39,781 nt of DNA, taken from the IMG/VR virus record IMGVR_UViG_3300045988_067749, positions 1 through 39,781 of that record, one strand, 5' to 3'. The notes under the pieces are model-generated. The model searched no databases. It worked only from the letters and a program-made list of their open reading frames with translations, and was not told the origin of the DNA. The position numbers and the translations under genes are program-made. This document shows positions 31,033 to 36,967 of this stretch, one piece after another (the first letter of the stretch is position 1; each line of letters opens with the position of its first letter). The stretch is from a virus.

Positions 31033-31063
31033 GCCCCAGTAGCCGCTGGGGCTTTTCTTTTTT
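31033..31063 (+). terminator. Intrinsic-terminator-like hairpin oriented for plus-strand transcription (antisense to the early operon)
   Basis: GCCCCA-gtagccgc-TGGGGC is followed by TTTTCTTTTTT on the plus strand. On the minus strand it is followed by GGAAAGAAA. Confidence 0.5.
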
Positions 31064-31080
31064 GCGTAACCTTGCGGTCG

Positions 31081-31169
31081 TGGACGGCCACGGAATCGAA
31101 CCGTGGTCCCGGTCTTTGCCGCGCATACATGACCTACGCGATCTTGACTGGGGGCAACCTGCACCGCCC
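31081..31169 (-). other. 89-nt tRNA-like element without a recognisable D-arm
   Basis: A 7-bp acceptor pairs GGGCGGT with GCCGTCC and includes G3:U70. The T-arm is CACGG-TTCGATT-CCGTG. A 6-bp stem carries the loop GGTCATG. There is a 3-bp extra arm. CCA is not encoded. Confidence 0.3.
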
Positions 31170-31322
31170 GAAGCGGGACGCCGGAGAATAGACCAAAGCC
31201 GACGCCCCGCCGGTCCAAGAAAACCGACACCGTATCTGTCAGTTGTTTTTTCAGTTATCAACGTGGGTTATTCGGTTTTCCTTCCGCTATGCCAGACGGT
31301 TTTCCACGCCGTCCGGCAAGAC

Positions 31323-31568
31323 TTATTCGACGCCCGCCTCGCTCAACACCAGTGCGATCAGTCTTAACGGCACGAAACCGAAGCCCATGAGCGCGGCCAA
31401 CCCGTTCTCGATGGGATGCGCGCACCCCATGTGCGTCATCACCCAGCCGACGCACACCGCGAACACGACGGCCCACAGAATCAGGCGGCGTGTGAAACCG
31501 CGAGACAGTTCGCTGGCCTCCGGCTTCCGATAGCCTGAAGCGTGACGGCCATACTCTTTGGCGTTCAT
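31323..31568 (-). CDS. Two-TM membrane protein (81 aa)
   Basis: Internal ATG at 31568. It translates MNAKEYGRHASGYRKPEASELSRGFTRRLILWAVVFAVCVGWVMTHMG...GFGFVPLRLIALVLSEAGVE. Confidence 0.55.
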   Translation of the reverse strand: MNAKEYGRHASGYRKPEASELSRGFTRRLILWAVVFAVCVGWVMTHMGCAHPIENGLAALMGFGFVPLRLIALVLSEAGVE

Positions 31569-31655
31569 GGGTTTCTCTTTTCGTATAAGGCCCCTCCGCC
31601 GGTAGGCTTGGAACTGCGACATTCAAACCAACGACCCAGCGAAGGGAAGAATCAA

Positions 31656-32111
31656 TTGAATTGGACTGAACCATCCGTATTGGTCGCGATTGCGGCCCTC
31701 CTGTGGAACTGCGTGCAGCAGAGACAAATCAACAAGATTCGCAGGAGCGACAGGATTGCGGCGCAGCACCTCGTGGCGACCTTGGATTCGGAAAGTCTGC
31801 GATGTATCCATTTCCGCAACGAGGGCACCATGACCCTGTATGGGCCCAAAGTGGATTCTCGCTTCTTTCTGAGTAGTGGAATTCCGGTTCCCGATACGGA
31901 AATCGCCCTGAACCTTCCCCCGAATACGGAGGCCAGCTTTTCTCTCACTAATGATTCTGACATTCTTCGCCTCCCTGATTTTCTTCAGGTGGGATGGAGT
32001 GAGAAAACTGTTTTCGCCAGTCGCAATCACTTTCTTTCCGTTCCGATGGTTGAAGTGAAGCGCGCTTACGTCGAGCGCGCTCGATCTCACGAAGGTCAAG
32101 CTCGTTCTTGA
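31656..32111 (+). CDS. Membrane-anchored hypothetical protein (about 151 aa, TTG start) in a low-GC island, opposite to the early operon
   Basis: TTG has GAAGGGA 8 nt upstream. The N-terminal TM is PSVLVAIAALLWNCV. GC3 is about 73% over the first 60 codons by hand count. Local GC is about 50%, against above 60% in the flanks. Confidence 0.45.
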   Translation: MNWTEPSVLVAIAALLWNCVQQRQINKIRRSDRIAAQHLVATLDSESLRCIHFRNEGTMTLYGPKVDSRFFLSSGIPVPDTEIALNLPPNTEASFSLTNDSDILRLPDFLQVGWSEKTVFASRNHFLSVPMVEVKRAYVERARSHEGQARS

Positions 32112-32172
32112 TGGACAACCCGATATTCAGAAGGAAAAGTGCGATTATAAGAACCGTCGGACCGTTCATCAC
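31948..32172 (-). CDS. Small TM protein (74 aa), translationally coupled to the Cro-like gene
   Basis: GTGATG overlaps the upstream TGA. The N-terminal TM is GPTVLIIALFLLNIGLSI. The 3' 164 nt overlap the convergent plus-strand ORF, so the true extent is uncertain. Confidence 0.4.
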   Translation of the reverse strand: MMNGPTVLIIALFLLNIGLSIKNELDLREIERARRKRASLQPSERKESDCDWRKQFSHSIPPEENQGGEECQNH

Positions 32173-32489
32173 GCCGCCTCCTTGCCGTTGGTGTCGAGCG
32201 CGGTATCGATGGCCTGTGCGGGGTCTCCGCCGGTCTCGTTGAATACGGCGAGGAACATGCTCAGGCTCATGTCGTTGCGTGGCGCGCCGGTGCGGAATGA
32301 TTGGATGGTCATGCGGTTGACCGAGGCCGCGCGGGCCACTTGGGTGTCCGGCACGTTGCCACGGCGTAGTCGGGCGCGTGCCTGTCTGGTGAGTTTGCTG
32401 GCGACCTTATCCATGCCGGGCTTGACCGGTAGAGCCGGTTCGCGTCCGATGCCCGCTGCTGACGCCTTGCGTTTGATTGGCTCGCTCAT
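32169..32489 (-). CDS. Cro-like / XRE-type HTH regulator (106 aa)
   Basis: It has an AAGGAG SD and contains VPDTQVARAASVNRMTIQSFRTG (HTH). It is the second gene of the operon divergent from the repressor. Confidence 0.65.
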   Translation of the reverse strand: MSEPIKRKASAAGIGREPALPVKPGMDKVASKLTRQARARLRRGNVPDTQVARAASVNRMTIQSFRTGAPRNDMSLSMFLAVFNETGGDPAQAIDTALDTNGKEAA

Positions 32490-32527
32490 GTGCCTGAGTC
32501 TCCTTTCTGCCTTGGGTCTTCTGTCTG

Positions 32528-32692
32528 TCAGAGGTTCTTGAGCTGGTCGAATTCCTCGGCGGTGAGGGTGACCACCGCGTCAGTGATTCCCATGTCCCCG
32601 ATTCGGACCTCGACCCGGCCATCGGCCAGTCGCCTGACCTTCAGCGGCCTGCCCGGCTCCTCATGGTTCACGATTCGGATTTCCTCGCTCAT
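32528..32692 (-). CDS. First early-operon gene, 54-aa protein
   Basis: AGGAGG lies 5 nt upstream of the ATG at 32692. It translates MSEEIRIVNHEEPGRPLKVRRLADGRVEVRIGDMGITDAVVTLTAEEFDQLKNL. It is below the ORF-track cutoff. Confidence 0.6.
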   Translation of the reverse strand: MSEEIRIVNHEEPGRPLKVRRLADGRVEVRIGDMGITDAVVTLTAEEFDQLKNL

Positions 32693-32708
32693 CCCGACCT
32701 CCTGATTT

Positions 32709-32780
32709 CACTTGCTGTCAACAATTAATATGATGGCACTTGCTCTCATTTTGCGCAAGTCGGCGTGTCACTTGCTATCA
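32709..32780. promoter_or_regulatory. Genetic-switch region with three CACTTGCTNTCA operator-like repeats
   Basis: The repeats lie at 32709-20, 32737-48 and 32769-80. There is a TTGCGCAA palindrome at 32751-58. A candidate repressor promoter TTGCGC-N19-TATCAT ends 7 nt before the ATG at 32789, implying a leaderless mRNA. Confidence 0.55.
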
Positions 32781-32788
32781 TTGATTGC

Positions 32789-33187
32789 ATGCCTACGAAG
32801 AGTTACAAGTGGTCGCCGGCAGATTTCGCAGCGGCAAGAACCATTGACAAAATGCTTACGACTGTCGGCCTCGGCAACCGTGAATTTGATCGCGCCTCCG
32901 ACGGTGCTATCAACTACGGGCGAGTTCGGGATCTCCGCAATGGTCTTAAGGCTCCTGTCAGACTCTCCGAATTCCTCATTGTCTGCGACGTATGCGGAGC
33001 CGACCCGGTGCAAACCGTCCGGGACATCATCTCGGAGGCGAAGCGTATCGAAGAAGAGCAAAAGCGCGAGCGTCGCGTGGAGGAGACGAAGCGTATTCTG
33101 GCGGATAACCCGATGGAGCTTGCGGCCTACACCGACCCGGACAAGGAGAAGTACATCGAATACGGGAACGGGGATGATCCAGCATGA
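32789..33187 (+). CDS. XRE-family HTH repressor (CI/ImmR-like, about 132 aa)
   Basis: It is divergent from the early operon and coupled (ATGA) to an ImmA-like protease gene. The HTH-like segment is GLGNREFDRASDGAINYGRVRDLRNG. Confidence 0.65.
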   Translation: MPTKSYKWSPADFAAARTIDKMLTTVGLGNREFDRASDGAINYGRVRDLRNGLKAPVRLSEFLIVCDVCGADPVQTVRDIISEAKRIEEEQKRERRVEETKRILADNPMELAAYTDPDKEKYIEYGNGDDPA

Positions 33188-33597
33188 GACCGTTGCCGTT
33201 GAACCTGAGAGACACCTATGGCCATGTGCGCATGGCCGTCTACAGTGCCGGACTCGACGTAGAGATACGCAGCGCCGACCACCTGCCCAACGGCATGATG
33301 GGCTGCTACAGCGAGCGCACTCGCACGATACTCATAGACCGTCGTCTCCCATACGTGGCCAAACGATGCACCCTCGTGCATGAGCTGGTCCACTGGTCCC
33401 ACGGTGATGACCGGTGTGGCCTGCATGAGATGCGCACCCGTGCGGAGACGGCTCGGCTATTGATATCGCCAACCGAATACGCGCTGGCCGAACGAATGTA
33501 CGACGGGAACGTCTGGCGTATCGCAGACGAACTCGAAGTCACATCAGGCATCATCAATGATTACAGGACACTGCTGCACGACCGTGTAGCAGCTTAG
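33184..33597 (+). CDS. ImmA/IrrE-family metallopeptidase (137 aa)
   Basis: It has the HExxH motif (CTLVHELVHWSHGD) and lies downstream of an XRE repressor. Confidence 0.8.
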   Translation: MRPLPLNLRDTYGHVRMAVYSAGLDVEIRSADHLPNGMMGCYSERTRTILIDRRLPYVAKRCTLVHELVHWSHGDDRCGLHEMRTRAETARLLISPTEYALAERMYDGNVWRIADELEVTSGIINDYRTLLHDRVAA

Positions 33598-33612
33598 AGA
33601 AAGAAGAAAACC

Positions 33613-34083
33613 ATGAAAAAGACAATCGCACTGCTGGCAGCGGCACTGTTGCTCACCGGACTGACCGCCTGCGGAGGAAACGACACGGCTTCAGACGCGC
33701 CGGCCAAAACGGACGGAACGTCAAAGACCGAGACCAAGAAGGAGGAGCCCAAGCCCCAGCCGGCCGACCTGACCGGCACGTGGAAACAAACCAACTCCAA
33801 CGACCCGAACTCGTACATGGAGGCCACCATCAGCGGCGACACCATCGAGGTCAACTGGATCGGCACCGACACCAAGAGCCTCTACTGGAAGGGCACCTAT
33901 CAGGCCCCGACCAAGGCCGGCGACTGGAAGTGGACCAGCCAGGGCGACACCGAAACCATGGCTCAATCCCTGCTCGCCTCGCAGGACGCCACCAAGGACT
34001 TCACCTACAGCGAGGCCGACGGCGTGAGCTGGGAGACCACCGCGCTCGGCACCACCATCACCGTCAAAACCACCAAACAATAA
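33613..34083 (+). CDS. Secreted lipoprotein (156 aa)
   Basis: The signal peptide with lipobox is MKKTIALLAAALLLTGLTAC-GGND. Confidence 0.85.
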   Translation: MKKTIALLAAALLLTGLTACGGNDTASDAPAKTDGTSKTETKKEEPKPQPADLTGTWKQTNSNDPNSYMEATISGDTIEVNWIGTDTKSLYWKGTYQAPTKAGDWKWTSQGDTETMAQSLLASQDATKDFTYSEADGVSWETTALGTTITVKTTKQ

Positions 34084-34117
34084 AAAATGCCCTACCGGTC
34101 TTGCACACCGATAGGGC
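34082..34117 (-). terminator. Terminator between the convergent lipoprotein gene and the PanA-like operon
   Basis: The hairpin gccctaccgg...ccgatagggc has AUUUUUUA following it on the minus strand. It sits directly after the lipoprotein stop on the plus strand. Confidence 0.55.
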
Positions 34118-34197
34118 GGTTGAAGAATCCAGCTAGTTCAAGAAAGGAGGACGCTTCGCCTCTTATCCTACACGGGGCGAAGCCATACCTGAAAATG

Positions 34198-34563
34198 CTA
34201 TTTGGAATTACGACCGAACAGGAAACCCAACGCGGTCGTGGCAATCAGCTTGAACACGTCAGAAGCCTTGGCTACCGCATCACCACCATCAGCACCCGGC
34301 CAGCCGAACTGTATGCCAGCAAAGGCCGCAATCATTATGAGACAAAAAGCCACTATGGCAAGAGCGGCGATGTTCTTCAGATTCTCAGTCCACCAATTGT
34401 GCTGCTTCTCTGGATCTATTCCTTGAGTTTTTGGCGTGTTCTCAACGGTCTTGTGGCCATCGCCATCGCTTTCAGAGACATCCTCGGAAGAAGGCCCTCC
34501 GGGAAAGGGAATATCCTCTTCCGCGTCATCGGGGATGGATGCATTCTCATTGTCCTCAGGCAT
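34198..34563 (-). CDS. Two-TM membrane protein with an acidic disordered N-terminus (121 aa); candidate toxin/effector partner of the Panacea-domain protein
   Basis: It starts 3 nt after the upstream stop. The TM segments are IAALAIVAFCLIMIAAFAGIQFGW and VFKLIATTALGFLFG. I recognise no family. Confidence 0.7.
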   Translation of the reverse strand: MPEDNENASIPDDAEEDIPFPGGPSSEDVSESDGDGHKTVENTPKTQGIDPEKQHNWWTENLKNIAALAIVAFCLIMIAAFAGIQFGWPGADGGDAVAKASDVFKLIATTALGFLFGRNSK

Positions 34564-34566
34564 CGG

Positions 34567-35073
34567 TCACATCCCCAGCAAATTATCAAAAGTGTGATCG
34601 CCCGCCATGGCACGATTGCTGATGAACGTCTTATGCCCGGCCACAGCCTGAGACCATGCGGAATTAGGGCGATGCGTGACGCGGGAAAGCTTGACGGCGG
34701 ACAAGTCTCCCATATTCTCCCAGACGAGGTTCAGGGCTTTGCGCAGGGAAGGACTGCTGGATTCGTCCACAGCAGTGACCTTCCCCAAAGCATCCTGAGC
34801 ATACCGATTAATCGGCTTGCCGCCGAATCCTTTGAACTCGTCGTAGACGCTGCGGCAAACGGGCCCATACTGCCATGGCTGGAACGATTCGGTAAGCAAT
34901 CGCCGACCAGTGTACCTCTGATACAGGCACGTGACGAAAAACAAGAGCTTCTGAAGTTTCATGGGGGTGACGTGCTCATCTGTGCCGAATGCCCGGCGCA
35001 GAATGCTATTGGCTACAGTAGTCGGCGTGAGACCGGCCCCGACCATCTTCGGCTCATCCTGAATAGCTCCCAT
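34567..35073 (-). CDS. DUF4065 / Panacea-domain (GepA/SocA-like) antitoxin-type protein (about 168 aa)
   Basis: Hallmark motifs are VTPMKLQKLLFFVTCLYQ...FQPWQYGPVCRSVYDEF...LSRVTHRPNSAW. The start is at ATG 35073, or 35046 as an alternative. The longer ORF-track N-terminus runs antisense through int. Confidence 0.8.
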   Translation of the reverse strand: MGAIQDEPKMVGAGLTPTTVANSILRRAFGTDEHVTPMKLQKLLFFVTCLYQRYTGRRLLTESFQPWQYGPVCRSVYDEFKGFGGKPINRYAQDALGKVTAVDESSSPSLRKALNLVWENMGDLSAVKLSRVTHRPNSAWSQAVAGHKTFISNRAMAGDHTFDNLLGM

Positions 35074-35106
35074 GCCTTTAATTCTAAGATGGGGGAGGAC
35101 TGACCA

Positions 35107-36297
35107 ATGGCGAACGTCACCAGATACAAGACCAGCAAAGGCGAAACCAGATACCGTGTGAGGTATCGCAAGCCGGACGGAACCCAGACCGACAAGCGTG
35201 GATTCAAGAGAAAAATCGATGCGGAGAATTGGGCGGCGAAAAGGGTCACCACAGCCAAGGCCGAGGGAACGTACATCGACCCGCAGGCCGGCAAGGCGAC
35301 GGTGGGGGAGCTGGGGCCCGCCTGGCTGGCCAAGAAGAAGCTCAGCACCAAGCCCAGCCATTACCGTACCCTCGAAGGCGCATGGGAAAAGTGGGTGAAA
35401 CCGGAATGGGGCAACACCCCGGTATCCGCAGTCACCCGCGAGACGACGCAACAATGGGTCACCGGAATCAGCCAGGGCAAGACCGTCAAGGACGAGCGGG
35501 GCAACGAGATAGTGCTCGCCAAACCCCGAAGCGCTAGCGTCGTCCTCCGCGCCCACGGCGTGCTCGCCGGAATATTGGACGACGCGAAGAAAGACCGGCG
35601 TATTCCGGACAATCCAGCGAGGGGCATCGAACTGCCACGCAAGCGCAGGAAGAAGCACGTGTATCTCACCGCCGAACAGCTTGACCGGCTGGCAGGCAGC
35701 GTCACCCCATGGAGACGAGACCTCGTCCTCGTGCTTGGACTATGCGGCATGCGATGGGGCGAACTCATACCCCTGAGGGTGATGGACGTCGATCTTGAAA
35801 AGCATCGTATATATATAGGAGTGAGCGCGCCGATGGTGGGCGGCGTCATCATCCCCGATGACACCAAGACCTACAAGGCCCGCGCCATCATGTACCCGGT
35901 CGTGCTGGACCCGATTATGCGCAGACTGTGCGCAGACCGGAAACCCGGCGACCTGTTGTTCGAACAGCCGGGACGCGAGGGCATGATGATACGCGAGTGG
36001 GGTAATGCGAGCCGCGATGACGGTTGGCTGTCGGTCGGCCTGCGGCGTGCCGGCATACCCGGCCACCTCACAATCCATGACCTGAGGCACACGGCCGCGA
36101 GTCTCATGGTCAGGGCGGGCGCGAACGTGAAGGCCGTGCAACGGCAGTTGGGGCATAAGAGCGCGGCCATGACGTTGGACGTGTACGCCGACCTTTTCGA
36201 TGATGATCTGGACGAGCTGTCGGAGCGCATGGGTGAGATGCTGGCGCGTGAGAATGTGGGCAAAATGTGGGCAAATGAGGTTTCGAGAGCCGCATAA
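35107..36297 (+). CDS. int: Tyrosine integrase (396 aa)
   Basis: It has a SAM-like N-domain and a catalytic region (...HDLRHTAASLMVRAGANVKAVQRQLGHKSAAMTLDVYADL). It has a GGGGGAGG SD. Confidence 0.95.
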   Translation: MANVTRYKTSKGETRYRVRYRKPDGTQTDKRGFKRKIDAENWAAKRVTTAKAEGTYIDPQAGKATVGELGPAWLAKKKLSTKPSHYRTLEGAWEKWVKPEWGNTPVSAVTRETTQQWVTGISQGKTVKDERGNEIVLAKPRSASVVLRAHGVLAGILDDAKKDRRIPDNPARGIELPRKRRKKHVYLTAEQLDRLAGSVTPWRRDLVLVLGLCGMRWGELIPLRVMDVDLEKHRIYIGVSAPMVGGVIIPDDTKTYKARAIMYPVVLDPIMRRLCADRKPGDLLFEQPGREGMMIREWGNASRDDGWLSVGLRRAGIPGHLTIHDLRHTAASLMVRAGANVKAVQRQLGHKSAAMTLDVYADLFDDDLDELSERMGEMLARENVGKMWANEVSRAA

Positions 36298-36485
36298 TCG
36301 AGACGGGAGTAAGTCTAAGCGGCTTTTCTCCGTAGGGTTCGAGTCCCACCGGAGGCACCTTCGCTAGACTGTGGAAAATAGCCGTTTTGCCTTGCGAGAG
36401 TAGGGCTGAGCGGCTTTTTCTATTCCCGGTGATTCCCTCGTATTCCCTCGGTTTCCCGGAATAATGTGGGCAAAATGTGGGCAAA
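36253..36485. other. attP region with a core flanked by arm-type repeats
   Basis: The 23-bp direct repeat AATGTGGGCAAAATGTGGGCAAA lies at 36253-75 and 36463-85, giving four ATGTGGGCAAA 11-mers. Four degenerate 10-bp tandem repeats (tattcccggt gattccctcg tattccctcg gtttcccgga) span 36421-60. AGCGGCTTTT(T)CT occurs twice. Confidence 0.65.
36335..36359 (+). other. tRNA 3'-end fragment (T-loop plus acceptor 3' strand); probable attP core
   Basis: It reads GGGTTCGAGTCCCACCGGAGGCACC. No matching 5' acceptor strand (GCCTCCG) lies upstream, so it is not a complete tRNA. Confidence 0.6.
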
Positions 36486-36516
36486 AATCGAGCCACGCCT
36501 AGCTGCTGTAACAACG

Positions 36517-36539
36517 AAAAAACCGGCCCCGCCGGCCGC
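36517..36539 (-). terminator. Rho-independent terminator of the lysis operon
   Basis: On the minus strand, CGGCC-GGCGG-GGCCG is followed by GUUUUUU, about 55 nt after the holin stop. Confidence 0.65.
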
Positions 36540-36593
36540 AGTCAAGCTCGTGGAGCTGTCTGCGATGCCGGGCGGGGCCGAACTGTGTGGTGG

Positions 36594-36905
36594 TCATGCG
36601 GCGAGGTCGATGCGTTGTTTGATGGCGCTGACGCCGATGAGCGCGCCGGCGAGGATGCCGAGCGCGTTGAGCGTGGTCACGATGGCGTCCACGTGGGGCC
36701 AGCCCCATGCGGGGCCGACCGTGTTGACGAACAGGGCGAGTGCGGGCAGGACGATGAGGCCGAGCCATTTGAGGATGTCGTAGACGCGGCTGGGGATGAG
36801 CCAGTCGGGCACGTCATGGGTGACGTCGACGGCTTGGGGCCAGTCGCTCGTGTCGATGCCGGGGAGTGTTTCGCCGGTGTCGGCCGGGGTTTTGCTGTCG
36901 GTCAT
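36594..36905 (-). CDS. Holin-like membrane protein (103 aa)
   Basis: ATG at 36905 with a GGAG SD. The TM helices are WLGLIVLPALALFVNTVGPAW and LNALGILAGALIGVSAI. It is adjacent to the endolysin gene. Confidence 0.7.
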   Translation of the reverse strand: MTDSKTPADTGETLPGIDTSDWPQAVDVTHDVPDWLIPSRVYDILKWLGLIVLPALALFVNTVGPAWGWPHVDAIVTTLNALGILAGALIGVSAIKQRIDLAA

Positions 36906-36967
36906 GTTTTGCTCCGATCGATGATGGGGTGGTGCCGCCGTCGGGGGTGACGGCGGCACCGGTTGGG

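Noticed and set aside
32716-32721. A perfect TTGACA hexamer (minus strand) in the switch region, considered as the -35 element of the early promoter
   Set aside because: No acceptable -10 element lies 16-19 nt downstream; that position falls on GTCGGG just before the ATG. It is therefore not called. The early promoter remains unmapped.
34087-35103. A 338-aa plus-strand ORF between the lipoprotein and integrase genes
   Set aside because: It is antisense to the PanA-like/TM operon. It has no SD and an implausible composition. It would also read through the terminator hairpin at 34089-34117.
35074-35658. An N-terminal 195-aa extension of the DUF4065 ORF (ORF track 34567..35658)
   Set aside because: It runs antisense through the 5' third of the integrase gene and has junk-like composition. 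The DUF4065 homology starts only after the internal ATGs at 35073/35046, which have SD-like sequences.
36280-36360. A complete tRNA gene at the integrase 3' side
   Set aside because: Only the T-loop and the 3' acceptor strand are tRNA-like. The required 5' acceptor strand (GCCTCCG), a D-arm and an anticodon arm cannot be found upstream. I interpret it as the attP core.
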